Assembly: GCF_024502345.1 (NCBI RefSeq)
Contig: NZ_JALDNN010000001.1
From: Escherichia coli
GTDB taxonomy: Bacteria; Pseudomonadota; Gammaproteobacteria; Enterobacterales; Enterobacteriaceae
Reading direction: 5' to 3' (one strand)
DNA length: 64,000 nt
Positions 52,562 to 64,000 of the stretch are shown piece after piece; within the stretch, counting starts at the first letter, position 1, and every line of letters begins with the position of its first letter. Under the pieces are notes generated by a model. That model was not told where the DNA came from and ran no database searches. It saw only the letters and a list, made by a program, of their open reading frames with translations. Made by a program: the position numbers and the translations under genes.

Positions 52562-55234
52562 CTACAGCAAGCTCTTGACATAACTGTCAATGTCGCTGAT
52601 GTATTTTTCTATTCCTGGAACATCCTTCTCACGAATCAGATGTTCCAGCGTTTCACATAACTGCTTGCCGGGTACCAGATTTAGCATGGCAAATACGCCT
52701 TTAAGACGATGAGCCGTTTGGGCTAACGCAGCAAAGTCACTGGTTGCTGCTTCAGTATACAGCCTCTTAACATCATCCGGTACTGTGTCTACAAAGAGCG
52801 CATAATAGCCGCTGGCATGGAGTTGCGCATTTTCATCTCCGCCCAGAGGCGATTCTGTCACCTCTTCCTGCGCCAGTTGCACTTCAATTAATTGTAAGAC
52901 CGCTTCCTGCATAGCGTTGCTCATATTGAAGTTGACGCACAATTGACCAGGCCCAATTTCCCGTACGCCAGACTCATCATCGCTTAAAAGCAAGCCAGAG
53001 GCAGTAAGATTAGACGGATTATCCGTTAAAAAGATATCATAATCTTGACTAATTAATCTTTCATCGGGTGTGATACAGGTTGCACCCCAATTTTCTAACT
53101 GGCGAGTGACAATATTCCGAATTTCTGCCGAAGTAACATCCACCATTACGCAGACATCATCCAGTAAACGCTCTTCTTCCTCTTCAACTTCCGGGTCAGC
53201 TGCGAGCATTTTGATATGCACAGAGTAGCGTGTACCAAGCCCATCCCGCGTTTTGATGTTTAAATGACCGCCCAGTTTACGTGCCAGTTGATCGCTCAGC
53301 CAGAATGCCAGCGGGTCCGCCTTGCCATAGCGATCGTTTTGGGTCTGGTTGATAAACGGGAAGTGCAAATTATCCATTTCATGAATGCTTACGCCTTCTC
53401 CGGTGTCCAGAATGCGGAACGTCAGGCGGTCTTCGGAGGACTCATCCTGATCAACCTCAAGGGTGATTTTTCCCAATTGCGTTGAGGTCACGGCATATTG
53501 CATCAGTAGCAGCAAAATACGTCGTAAGGCATCGCGATCGCCACGGCGCATATCGTGTGCTTTCAGATGATTGTTAATCAGCAGTTGCAGACCTTTACGC
53601 TTGATGGCAGGCAACACTGAAGGCACAACTTCATCAATTAAATCCTGCACGGAGAACAGCACCGTCTCACTTTTCCAGCTATCGTCCGCAAGCATGTTCG
53701 CTAACTGTATTTCATCGACCAGCCGCACCAGCACATCTGCCTGATTCGCCAGTTGTTTGCTTTCCGGGGCGTTGAGTTTAGCCGCGCTCTCCGCCAGGGA
53801 CTGTGCAGGTTCTTTCAGCGCATCGCCAATGTTTTTCATAAAGGTCATCCGCCCCTGCTGGTTTTTCTCATACAGACGCTGCGCCTGCTTGAGTTTCTTG
53901 TTTACCAGCACTTCGCGATCCTGATCGCGAATAATGAAAATTTGTGTGCGCGGCGCGACCTGGCTGCGGAACATGCGGATCTCATACAGCTCGTTATTGA
54001 TCGTCGCCTGAATAATCCCCTGATGCTGTTCCGCCATGGTGGTGATGTTTTGCAGATTCAAATGCGGCAGCAAATGATCGGCAATTTTGTTACTTATGAC
54101 AGTGCGGTTCGATTCCTGATCGTGAACCAGCAGGCCGAGCGGCAGCAGTGAGACTATCTCTTCATTGATTGCCCGTAAAATGCGCAATTCGTTATTGACC
54201 GCCGTGTTGGGTAGACTTTCTGTACTGCGACTGGAGAAATGGCGGAATGTGGTATAGCCAAATAACGCCAGCGCCAGCAAACCGATGTTCAGCAGCAGTG
54301 GCAGCAGAATGTTTTGCAACGTATCCAGCAATAAGGTGCCATAAGGAACCTGCCAGACCAGTCGCATATCGGTAGAGTTGAGTGCCGAGGAGATTTCAAT
54401 CTTCGTACTGTTAAAGTGGATACTGACGCTATCCGTCCCTTCTTTCTCATTATCATTGTCTCCCGTTGCCGTCGCGTCTGGCTCAAGGCGGAAACTGTCC
54501 AGCGGCATACCCGGTGGGATCAAATCATTAATCGGCAGATCAAAAGCCACGACCGTTGCCAGATGTCCCGGCTGGTTGAACGTGGTACGTAAGGTAAAGT
54601 AATGACCGTTCTGCCAGGCCAGGCGGCGCATGTTAGAAAAACTTTCGCGTTCATCGAGGGCGTTGGCCTGTTGCAACATCTCTGCACGACGTGAATCAAC
54701 AATGTCACTGACGGTCGATTCTTTAAATCCGGAGGTGAGATCTTTGAGGGGCAGGGTTGAGATCAGTACCAGACTGTTATCCTGACCATTCAGGTAATAC
54801 ATTGACCACGGTACATTTTCTGCGCCCCACAATGTGTCCAGATAGGTGGACATCCGTTGAGTCATCTCAAGCGTTGAGTTGTCGTGAGAGCCAAAGATTA
54901 ACGCTTCCGTTTTGCGGCGCGGTTTTTCCAGATAGTAGACATCCTGTTTCAGGCGCGTCTCTTGTAAACCTTCGCCGGAGGAGGGGGAGGTCGTCGCGGC
55001 AATGTTGTCGTAGATCTGCCAGGTCACGTAACGCCAGTTATCGACGCGCTTTTGGATAGCATGGGTAATGTCGACAATCTGGTAACTTTTATCTTTCAGC
55101 CAGGCGTTAACGGCGCTTTGTACCATTACACCCATCGTCACCAGTAACACAATGATCAACAGTAAAAAGAAGCGGGTAATGCTCCCCGGTAGGAGTGAAA
55201 AGCGGGTCGTGGCCGTTGTCTCTTTCTGACGCAT
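52562..55234 (-). CDS. rcsD: phosphotransfer (HPt) protein RcsD (890 aa)
   Basis: ORF 890 aa with N-terminal TM/periplasmic domain, degenerate kinase-like core and C-terminal HPt domain; immediately upstream of rcsB. Confidence 0.95.
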   Translation of the reverse strand: MRQKETTATTRFSLLPGSITRFFLLLIIVLLVTMGVMVQSAVNAWLKDKSYQIVDITHAIQKRVDNWRYVTWQIYDNIAATTSPSSGEGLQETRLKQDVYYLEKPRRKTEALIFGSHDNSTLEMTQRMSTYLDTLWGAENVPWSMYYLNGQDNSLVLISTLPLKDLTSGFKESTVSDIVDSRRAEMLQQANALDERESFSNMRRLAWQNGHYFTLRTTFNQPGHLATVVAFDLPINDLIPPGMPLDSFRLEPDATATGDNDNEKEGTDSVSIHFNSTKIEISSALNSTDMRLVWQVPYGTLLLDTLQNILLPLLLNIGLLALALFGYTTFRHFSSRSTESLPNTAVNNELRILRAINEEIVSLLPLGLLVHDQESNRTVISNKIADHLLPHLNLQNITTMAEQHQGIIQATINNELYEIRMFRSQVAPRTQIFIIRDQDREVLVNKKLKQAQRLYEKNQQGRMTFMKNIGDALKEPAQSLAESAAKLNAPESKQLANQADVLVRLVDEIQLANMLADDSWKSETVLFSVQDLIDEVVPSVLPAIKRKGLQLLINNHLKAHDMRRGDRDALRRILLLLMQYAVTSTQLGKITLEVDQDESSEDRLTFRILDTGEGVSIHEMDNLHFPFINQTQNDRYGKADPLAFWLSDQLARKLGGHLNIKTRDGLGTRYSVHIKMLAADPEVEEEEERLLDDVCVMVDVTSAEIRNIVTRQLENWGATCITPDERLISQDYDIFLTDNPSNLTASGLLLSDDESGVREIGPGQLCVNFNMSNAMQEAVLQLIEVQLAQEEVTESPLGGDENAQLHASGYYALFVDTVPDDVKRLYTEAATSDFAALAQTAHRLKGVFAMLNLVPGKQLCETLEHLIREKDVPGIEKYISDIDSYVKSLL

Positions 55235-55545
55235 TCGTGTTTATGACCTGTTAAAACTTCGCGAAGTGATAGGGCAGTATAAAGGGTACAGTGTGAAATT
55301 CCAGACTCTTACCTGATTGATGATTCTCTATTCTCCCGTGATATTTATCATCCTGCATTGGGGGAAATAGATGTACAAGCGCCATTTTGCTGTACAAATA
55401 ACCTACGAAAAGCCCAACGAAATTAATTGCAAATAAACGAAGATTGCTGGAAATTATGCTGATGTTAATTATTTGTGAAATAGTTAACAAGCGTTATAGT
55501 TTTTCTGTGGTAGCACAGAATAATGAAAAGTGTGTAAAGAAGGGT

Positions 55546-55638
55546 AAAAAAAACCGGATGCGAGGCATCCGGTTGAAATAGGGGTAAACAGACATTCAGA
55601 AATGAATGACGGTAATAAATAAAGTTAATGATGATAGC
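55546..55638 (-). ncRNA. micF: MicF small regulatory RNA (antisense regulator of ompF mRNA), including its intrinsic terminator
   Basis: Minus-strand sequence GCTATCATCATTAACTTTATTTATTACCGTCATTCATTTCTGAATGTCTGTTTACCCCTATTTCAACCGGATGCCTCGCATCCGGTTTTTTTT matches MicF as I recall it; divergent from ompC. Confidence 0.9.
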
Positions 55639-55793
55639 GGGAGATATTCTAGTTGCGAGTGAAGGTTTTGTTTTGACATTCAGTGCTGTCAAATACTTAA
55701 GAATAAGTTATTGATTTTAACCTTGAATTATTATTGCTTGATGTTAGGTGCTTATTTCGCCATTCCGTAATAATCTTAAAAAGTTCCCTTGCA

Positions 55794-55855
55794 TTTACAT
55801 TTTGAAACATCTATAGCGATAAATGAAACATCTTAAAAGTTTTAGTATCATATTC
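55794..55855 (+). promoter_or_regulatory. OmpR-binding sites C1-C3 of the ompC promoter (TTTACATTTTGAAACATCTA / TAGCGATAAATGAAACATCT / TAAAAGTTTTAGTATCATAT)
   Basis: Three tandem 20-bp OmpR-box-like elements about 120-180 bp upstream of the ompC ATG. Confidence 0.75.
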
Positions 55856-55972
55856 GTGTTGGATTATTCTGCATTTTTGGGGAGAATGGACCTGCCGACT
55901 GATTAATGAGGGTTAATCAGTATGCAGTGGCATAAAAAAGCAAATAAAGGCATATAACAGAGGGTTAATAAC

Positions 55973-57085
55973 ATGAAAGTTAAAGTACTGTCCCTCCTGG
56001 TCCCAGCTCTGCTGGTAGCAGGCGCAGCAAATGCTGCTGAAGTTTACAACAAAGACGGCAACAAATTAGATCTGTACGGTAAAGTAGACGGCCTGCACTA
56101 TTTCTCCGACAACGATAAGGTTGATGGCGACAAGACCTACATGCGTCTTGGCTTCAAAGGTGAAACTCAGGTTACTGACCAGCTGACCGGTTACGGCCAG
56201 TGGGAATATCAGATCCAGGGTAACGCTCCGGAAAGCGAAAACAACTCCTGGACCCGTGTGGCATTTGCTGGTCTGAAATTCCAGGACGTTGGTTCTTTCG
56301 ACTACGGTCGTAACTACGGCGTTGTTTACGACGTAACCTCCTGGACCGACGTGCTGCCAGAATTCGGTGGCGACACCTACGGTTCTGACAACTTCATGCA
56401 GCAGCGTGGTAACGGCTTCGCGACCTACCGTAACACCGACTTCTTCGGTCTGGTTGACGGCCTGAACTTTGCTGTTCAGTATCAGGGCAAAAACGGTAGC
56501 GTAAGCGGCGAAGGCATGACCAACAACGGTCGTGATGCTCTTGAGCAGAACGGTGACGGTGTTGGTGGTTCTATCACTTATGACATCGGTGAAGGCTTCA
56601 GCTTCGGTGGTGCGATCTCCAGCTCCAAACGCACCGCAGAGCAGAACAACAGTGCTCGTTTCATCGGTAATGGTGATCGTGCAGAAACCTACACTGGTGG
56701 TCTGAAATACGACGCTAACAACATCTACCTGGCTGCTCAGTACACCCAGACTTATAACGCAACTCTGGCTGGTGATTTAGGCTGGGCGAACAAAGCCCAG
56801 AACTTTGAAGTGGTTGCCCAGTATCAGTTCGACTTCGGTCTGCGTCCTTCTGTTGCTTACCTGCAGTCCAAAGGTAAAAATCTGAATGCCAACATCGCTG
56901 GTCGTACTTACGACGACGAAGATCTGGTGAAATATGTTGATGTTGGTGCTACCTACTACTTCAACAAAAACATGTCCACCTATGTTGATTACAAAATCAA
57001 CCTGCTGGACGACAATAACTTCACCCGCGCTGCTGGCATCAACACTGATGACATCGTAGCTCTGGGTCTGGTTTACCAGTTCTAA
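55973..57085 (+). CDS. ompC: outer membrane porin OmpC (370 aa)
   Basis: Signal peptide [21 protein letters not shown], porin beta-barrel sequence ending ...GLVYQF. Confidence 0.97.
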   Translation: MKVKVLSLLVPALLVAGAANAAEVYNKDGNKLDLYGKVDGLHYFSDNDKVDGDKTYMRLGFKGETQVTDQLTGYGQWEYQIQGNAPESENNSWTRVAFAGLKFQDVGSFDYGRNYGVVYDVTSWTDVLPEFGGDTYGSDNFMQQRGNGFATYRNTDFFGLVDGLNFAVQYQGKNGSVSGEGMTNNGRDALEQNGDGVGGSITYDIGEGFSFGGAISSSKRTAEQNNSARFIGNGDRAETYTGGLKYDANNIYLAAQYTQTYNATLAGDLGWANKAQNFEVVAQYQFDFGLRPSVAYLQSKGKNLNANIAGRTYDDEDLVKYVDVGATYYFNKNMSTYVDYKINLLDDNNFTRAAGINTDDIVALGLVYQF

Positions 57086-57103
57086 TCTCGATTTCTATCG
57101 AAC

Positions 57104-57127
57104 AAAGGGCCTGCGGGCCCTTTTTTC
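57104..57127 (+). terminator. rho-independent terminator of ompC (GGGCC-TGCG-GGCCC followed by TTTTTT)
   Basis: GC-rich hairpin followed by a T6 run directly downstream of the ompC stop. Confidence 0.8.
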
Positions 57128-57196
57128 ATTGTTTTCAGCGTACAAACACAGTTTTTTGGTGTACTCTTGCGACCGTTCGCATGAGGATAATCACGT

Positions 57197-58252
57197 ATGG
57201 AAATAAGCTTTACCCGCGTGGCACTGCTGGCTGCCGCGCTCTTCTTTGTTGGTTGCGATCAAAAACCACAACCCGCCAAAACCCACGCTACTGAAGTTAC
57301 CGTTCTTGAAGGCAAAACCATGGGTACCTTCTGGCGTGCCAGCATCCCGGGCATTGATGCCAAACGCAGTGCCGAACTTAAAGAAAAGATTCAGACCCAG
57401 CTGGACGCCGACGATCAGCTGCTTTCGACCTATAAAAAAGATTCCGCGCTGATGCGCTTTAACGACTCGCAAAGTTTGTCGCCGTGGCCGGTAAGTGAAG
57501 CGATGGCCGATATCGTCACCACCTCGCTGCGCATTGGCGCAAGGACCGATGGTGCGATGGATATAACCGTCGGGCCGCTGGTGAATCTGTGGGGCTTTGG
57601 CCCGGAACAACAGCCGGTTCAAATTCCGAGCCAGGAACAGATCGATGCGATGAAAGCCAAAACTGGTTTACAGCACCTTACGGTCATTAATCAGTCGCAT
57701 CAGCAATATCTGCAAAAAGACCTGCCGGATTTATATGTCGATCTCTCTACCGTCGGCGAAGGTTATGCGGCGGATCACCTGGCACGCTTGATGGAGCAGG
57801 AAGGGATTTCCCGCTATCTGGTGTCGGTGGGGGGCGCGCTGAACAGCCGTGGTATGAACGGTGAAGGCCAGCCGTGGCGGGTAGCGATTCAAAAGCCAAC
57901 CGATAAAGAAAATGCGGTTCAGGCCGTGGTGGATATCAACGGTCATGGTATTAGCACCTCTGGCAGCTACCGTAACTATTACGAACTGGACGGCAAACGT
58001 CTTTCCCATGTTATCGATCCGCAAACCGGGCGTCCCATCGAACACAATCTGGTATCCGTGACGGTGATTGCTCCGACGGCGCTGGAAGCCGATGCCTGGG
58101 ATACTGGCTTGATGGTACTCGGGCCGGAGAAAGCCAAAGAGGTTGTTCGCCGGGAAGGGCTGGCGGTTTATATGATCACCAAAGAAGGCGATAGCTTTAA
58201 AACCTGGATGTCACCACAGTTTAAAAGCTTCCTTGTCAGCGAAAAAAATTAA
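57197..58252 (+). CDS. apbE: FAD:protein FMN transferase ApbE, lipoprotein (351 aa)
   Basis: Lipoprotein signal with lipobox (LLAAALFFVGC); ApbE-family sequence; length 351 aa. Confidence 0.93.
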   Translation: MEISFTRVALLAAALFFVGCDQKPQPAKTHATEVTVLEGKTMGTFWRASIPGIDAKRSAELKEKIQTQLDADDQLLSTYKKDSALMRFNDSQSLSPWPVSEAMADIVTTSLRIGARTDGAMDITVGPLVNLWGFGPEQQPVQIPSQEQIDAMKAKTGLQHLTVINQSHQQYLQKDLPDLYVDLSTVGEGYAADHLARLMEQEGISRYLVSVGGALNSRGMNGEGQPWRVAIQKPTDKENAVQAVVDINGHGISTSGSYRNYYELDGKRLSHVIDPQTGRPIEHNLVSVTVIAPTALEADAWDTGLMVLGPEKAKEVVRREGLAVYMITKEGDSFKTWMSPQFKSFLVSEKN

Positions 58253-58258
58253 AGCGCA
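58246..58258 (+). promoter_or_regulatory. Ada box (AAATTAAAGCGCA) in the ada promoter, overlapping the apbE stop codon
   Basis: Matches the Ada-responsive element AAANNAAAGCGCA, 68-80 bp upstream of the ada ATG. Confidence 0.65.
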
Positions 58259-58325
58259 AGATTGTTGGTTTTTGCGTGATGGTGACCGGGCAGACTAAAG
58301 GCTATCCTTAACCAGGGAGCTGATT

Positions 58326-59390
58326 ATGAAAAAAGCCACATGCTTAACTGACGATCAACGCTGGCAATCTGTCTTAGCCCGCGACCCGAATGCCGACGGC
58401 GAATTCGTTTTCGCCGTGCGTACCACAGGCATCTTTTGCCGTCCGTCTTGCCGCGCCAGACATGCTTTGCGGGAAAACGTCTCCTTCTACGCAAATGCCA
58501 GCGAGGCACTCGCCGCTGGCTTTCGCCCCTGCAAACGTTGTCAGCCAGAAAAAGCCAATGCCCAGCAACATCGGTTGGATAAAATCACCCACGCGTGTCG
58601 ACTGCTGGAACAGGAAACGCCTGTAACGCTGGAAGCCTTAGCCGACCAGGTGGCGATGAGTCCATTTCATCTACATCGGTTGTTTAAAGCGACTACCGGA
58701 ATGACGCCTAAAGCCTGGCAACAGGCCTGGCGCGCTCGCCGTTTGCGCGAATCGCTGGCGAAAGGGGAGAGCGTGACGACGTCTATTCTTAACGCCGGAT
58801 TCCCCGACAGCAGCAGTTACTATCGCAAAGCTGACGAAACGCTGGGCATGACGGCTAAACAATTCCGTCACGGTGGCGAAAATCTGGCGGTGCGTTACGC
58901 GCTGGCTGATTGTGAGCTGGGTCGTTGCCTGGTGGCAGAAAGCGAGCGGGGGATTTGCGCGATATTGCTGGGCGATGATGACGCGACACTAATCAGCGAG
59001 TTGCAGCAGATGTTTCCCGCTGCCGACAACGCGCCTGCCGATCTGATGTTTCAGCAACATGTGCGTGAAGTGATCGCCAGCCTCAATCAACGCGATACGC
59101 CGCTGACGTTACCGCTGGACATTCGCGGCACTGCTTTTCAGCAACAAGTCTGGCAGGCACTGCGCACGATACCTTGCGGTGAAACCGTCAGTTATCAGCA
59201 ACTGGCTAACGCCATCGGCAAACCGAAAGCGGTACGGGCCGTTGCCAGCGCCTGTGCCGCCAACAAGCTGGCTATCATAATACCCTGTCATCGGGTGGTC
59301 CGTGGTGATGGCACACTTTCCGGTTACCGCTGGGGCGTGTCGCGTAAAGCGCAACTGCTGCGCCGCGAAGCTGAAAATGAGGAGAGGTAA
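58326..59390 (+). CDS. ada: bifunctional transcriptional activator / methylphosphotriester and O6-methylguanine-DNA methyltransferase Ada (354 aa)
   Basis: N-terminal Zn/Cys region (FCRPSCRAR), AraC-type HTH, and C-terminal methyl-acceptor motif PCHRV. Confidence 0.96.
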   Translation: MKKATCLTDDQRWQSVLARDPNADGEFVFAVRTTGIFCRPSCRARHALRENVSFYANASEALAAGFRPCKRCQPEKANAQQHRLDKITHACRLLEQETPVTLEALADQVAMSPFHLHRLFKATTGMTPKAWQQAWRARRLRESLAKGESVTTSILNAGFPDSSSYYRKADETLGMTAKQFRHGGENLAVRYALADCELGRCLVAESERGICAILLGDDDATLISELQQMFPAADNAPADLMFQQHVREVIASLNQRDTPLTLPLDIRGTAFQQQVWQALRTIPCGETVSYQQLANAIGKPKAVRAVASACAANKLAIIIPCHRVVRGDGTLSGYRWGVSRKAQLLRREAENEER

Positions 59391-60040
59391 TGTTGGATCT
59401 GTTTGCCGATGCTGAACCGTGGCAAGAGCCACTGGCGGCTGGAGCGGTAATTTTGCACCGTTTTGCTTTTAACGCTGCGGAGCAACTGATCCGCGATATT
59501 AATGACGTTGCCAGCCAGTCGCCGTTTCGCCAGATGGTCACCCCCGGGGGATATACCATGTCGGTGGCGATGACCAACTGTGGGCATCTGGGCTGGACGA
59601 GCCATCGGCAAGGTTATCTCTATTCGCCCATTGATCCGCAAACAAATAAACCGTGGCCCGCCATGCCACAGAGTTTTCATAATTTATGTCAACGTGCGGC
59701 TACGGCGGCGGGCTATCCAGATTTCCAGCCAGATGCTTGTCTTATCAACCGCTACGCTCCTGGCGCGAAACTGTCGCTGCATCAGGATAAAGACGAACCG
59801 GATCTGCGCGCGCCAATTGTTTCTGTTTCTCTGGGCTTACCCGCGATTTTTCAGTTTGGTGGCCTGAAACGTAATGATCCGCTCAAACGTTTGTTGTTGG
59901 AACATGGCGATGTGGTGATATGGGGCGGTGAATCGCGGCTGTTTTATCACGGTATTCAACCGTTGAAAGCGGGGTTTCATCCACTCACCACCGACTGCCG
60001 CTACAACCTGACATTCCGTCAGGCAGGTAAAAAAGAATAA
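59390..60040 (+). CDS. alkB: Fe(II)/2-oxoglutarate-dependent DNA/RNA alkylation repair dioxygenase AlkB (216 aa)
   Basis: Start overlaps the ada stop (TAATG); HxD iron-binding motif in LHQDKDE. Confidence 0.96.
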   Translation: MLDLFADAEPWQEPLAAGAVILHRFAFNAAEQLIRDINDVASQSPFRQMVTPGGYTMSVAMTNCGHLGWTSHRQGYLYSPIDPQTNKPWPAMPQSFHNLCQRAATAAGYPDFQPDACLINRYAPGAKLSLHQDKDEPDLRAPIVSVSLGLPAIFQFGGLKRNDPLKRLLLEHGDVVIWGGESRLFYHGIQPLKAGFHPLTTDCRYNLTFRQAGKKE

Positions 60041-60115
60041 AAATAAGAATTATTATTGCTGTGCGCGCGAAGATGTTTAAACTGCGGGCTGTAATTCATT
60101 GTCCGGGTTTTCTGC

Positions 60116-61759
60116 ATGGAACTTCTTGTACTTGTCTGGCGGCAGTATCGCTGGCCATTTATCAGTGTGATGGCGCTAAGCCTCGCCAGTGCGGCATTAG
60201 GCATTGGCTTAATTGCTTTTATCAATCAGCGCCTTATCGAAACGGCGGATACCAGTCTGCTGGTATTGCCGGAGTTTCTGGGATTATTGCTGCTGTTGAT
60301 GGCAGTCACTCTCGGATCGCAACTGGCGCTCACCACTTTGGGGCATCACTTCGTTTACCGACTGCGTAGTGAATTTTTCAAGCGGATTCTGGATACCAAC
60401 GTCGAGCGCATTGAACAACTCGGTAGCGCCTCGTTGCTGGCGGGATTAACCAGCGATGTGCGCAATATCACCATTGCTTTTGTGCGTCTGCCGGAACTGG
60501 TGCAGGGGATCATTCTCACTATCGGTTCAGCGGCGTATCTGTGGATGCTGTCGGGCAAAATGTTGCTGGTAACGGCTATCTGGATGGCGATCACCATCTG
60601 GGGTGGTTTTGTACTGGTGGCGCGGGTGTACAAACATATGGCGACCCTGCGTGAAACCGAAGACAAGCTGTACACGGATTTTCAAACCGTACTCGAAGGG
60701 CGCAAAGAGCTGACTCTGAATCGGGAACGCGCCGAGTATGTGTTTAACAACCTCTACATTCCTGATGCGCAAGAGTATCGCCATCATATTATCCGCGCAG
60801 ACACCTTCCATCTTAGTGCCGTGAACTGGTCAAACATCATGATGCTGGGCGCTATCGGCCTGGTGTTCTGGATGGCGAACAGTCTCGGTTGGGCTGATAC
60901 CAACGTTGCTGCGACCTATTCGTTGACACTGTTATTCCTGCGTACGCCGCTGCTTTCGGCGGTTGGCGCATTGCCGACGCTGCTGACGGCGCAGGTGGCG
61001 TTTAACAAGCTGAACAAATTCGCACTCGCGCCTTTCAAAGCAGAGTTTCCGCGCCCGCAGGCGTTTCCCAACTGGCAAACGCTGGAGCTGCGTAACGTGA
61101 CGTTTGCTTATCAGGATAACGCGTTTTCCGTTGGTCCGATTAACCTCACCATCAAACGTGGTGAACTGCTGTTTCTGATTGGCGGCAACGGTAGCGGAAA
61201 ATCGACGCTGGCGATGTTGCTGACGGGCTTGTATCAGCCACAAAGCGGCGAAATCTTGCTGGATGGCAAACCTGTCAGCGGCGAACAACCGGAAGATTAT
61301 CGCAAACTGTTTTCGGCAGTGTTTACCGATGTCTGGCTGTTTGATCAACTGCTGGGGCCGGAGGGTAAACCCGCTAACCCGCAACTGGTTGAGAAGTGGC
61401 TGGCGCAGCTGAAAATGGCTCATAAGCTTGAGTTAAGCAACGGGCGTATTGTTAACCTGAAGTTATCAAAAGGGCAGAAAAAACGCGTGGCGCTGTTGCT
61501 GGCGCTGGCAGAAGAACGCGATATTATCCTGCTGGATGAATGGGCGGCGGATCAGGATCCACACTTCCGTCGTGAGTTTTATCAGGTGTTGCTGCCGCTG
61601 ATGCAGGAGATGGGTAAAACTATTTTCGCTATCAGTCATGATGATCATTACTTTATCCACGCCGACCGCCTGCTGGAAATGCGCAATGGGCAACTTAGCG
61701 AGCTGACGGGCGAAGAGCGCGATGCCGCTTCGCGTGATGCCGTTGCCCGGACGGCATAA
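60116..61759 (+). CDS. yojI: ABC transporter permease/ATPase YojI, microcin J25 efflux (547 aa)
   Basis: N-terminal TM domain plus C-terminal ABC ATPase with Walker [10 protein letters not shown], signature LSKGQKKR and Walker B ILLDE. Confidence 0.94.
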   Translation: MELLVLVWRQYRWPFISVMALSLASAALGIGLIAFINQRLIETADTSLLVLPEFLGLLLLLMAVTLGSQLALTTLGHHFVYRLRSEFFKRILDTNVERIEQLGSASLLAGLTSDVRNITIAFVRLPELVQGIILTIGSAAYLWMLSGKMLLVTAIWMAITIWGGFVLVARVYKHMATLRETEDKLYTDFQTVLEGRKELTLNRERAEYVFNNLYIPDAQEYRHHIIRADTFHLSAVNWSNIMMLGAIGLVFWMANSLGWADTNVAATYSLTLLFLRTPLLSAVGALPTLLTAQVAFNKLNKFALAPFKAEFPRPQAFPNWQTLELRNVTFAYQDNAFSVGPINLTIKRGELLFLIGGNGSGKSTLAMLLTGLYQPQSGEILLDGKPVSGEQPEDYRKLFSAVFTDVWLFDQLLGPEGKPANPQLVEKWLAQLKMAHKLELSNGRIVNLKLSKGQKKRVALLLALAEERDIILLDEWAADQDPHFRREFYQVLLPLMQEMGKTIFAISHDDHYFIHADRLLEMRNGQLSELTGEERDAASRDAVARTA

Positions 61760-61964
61760 TATTACGACGCTGACCTGGCGGACTGCTGCCGTCAGGTCAA
61801 TATGCTAAAAATCCCTTCATTTCTAATAACCCTATAATTAATCAACGAAATTATAATGTTTCTAAAATTAGAATATAATTTATAAACATTATTTAAATGT
61901 TGTTACTTAAGTGTTACCGTTGATGCCGCGCAAATCTCACCTGCAATAAAGCGACTAAAAGTAA

Positions 61965-63623
<1,659 letters not shown>

Positions 63624-63629
63624 TGATGT

Positions 63630-63660
63630 GCCACATCCGGCATGGTATGCCGGATGTGGC
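63630..63660 (+). terminator. perfect 14-bp inverted repeat (GCCACATCCGGCAT-GGT-ATGCCGGATGTGGC) immediately downstream of mqo; candidate terminator hairpin
   Basis: Seen directly; not followed by a strong T-run. Confidence 0.45.
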
Positions 63661-63665
63661 GTATG

Positions 63666-64000
63666 CTGATAAGACGCGCCAGCGTCGCATCAGGCAACCG
63701 GCTCGGGCGTTAGATGTCGGATGCGGCGTGACCGCCTTATCCGACCTACGGGGTGGAGCACTTCACAGCGGTGTAGGCCTGATAAGACGCGTCAGCGTCG
63801 CATCAGGCAACCGGCTCGGACGTTGGATGTCGGATGCGGCGTAACCGCCTTATCCGACCTACGGGGTGGAGCACTTCACAGCGGTGTAGGCCTGATAAGA
63901 CGCGTCAGCGTCGCATCAGGCAACCGGCTCGGACGTTGGATGTCGGATGCGGCGTAACCGACTTATTCGACCTACGGGGTGGAGCACTTCACAGCGGCGT
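63666..64000. repeat. BIME-type REP array: at least three tandem copies of a 113-bp unit, continuing beyond the window end
   Basis: Unit starts at 63666, 63779 and 63892; each contains REP palindromes (CTGATAAGACGCG(C/T)CAGCGTCGCATCAGGC, GGATGCGGCGT(A/G)ACCGCCTTATCCGACCTAC); explains the duplicated small ORFs in the six-frame track. Confidence 0.85.

Noticed and set aside
55251-55692. Small ORFs of 79 and 75 aa on the minus strand
   Set aside because: They lie in the AT-rich rcsD/micF control region, overlap the micF RNA gene and have low-complexity Ile/Leu/Phe-rich translations typical of AT-rich noise.

Overview
This 64 kb window reads as a contiguous stretch of Escherichia coli chromosome, the menE-pmrD-arn ... 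rcsDBC-ompC-ada-alkB-yojI-mqo region, in reverse-complement orientation relative to the usual K-12 map. All gene names are assigned from my own recognition of the translated ORFs and motifs; no database search was run. Content, left to right: menE 3' end, pmrD, the full arnBCADTEF polymyxin-resistance operon (minus strand) with a PmrA box, ais, nudI, yfaZ, yfaY, the rhmRDTA L-rhamnonate cluster, ypaA plus rpnE, glpCBA and divergent glpTQ, a LysR regulator plus MFS transporter pair, inaA, yfaE-nrdB-nrdA, the yfaL autotransporter, ubiG, gyrA, the five-gene yfaA-yfaT-yfaS-yfaQ-yfaP envelope operon, rcsC, rcsB-rcsD, micF, ompC, apbE, ada-alkB, yojI and mqo, with REP/BIME repeat arrays in four intergenic regions. 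No CRISPR array, IS element or prophage was seen. The most interesting signals are strain-level differences from the K-12 arrangement as I remember it: (1) an intact yfaATSQP operon encoding a 1534-aa alpha-2-macroglobulin-like protein with no thioester motif; (2) the yfaP-rcsC junction is only 274 bp, with no atoSCDAEB genes; (3) an intact LysR/MFS pair where K-12 has the yfaH remnant; (4) rpnE carries three in-frame 24-bp tandem repeats and is followed by a partial duplicate of its own 3' end (ypaA).
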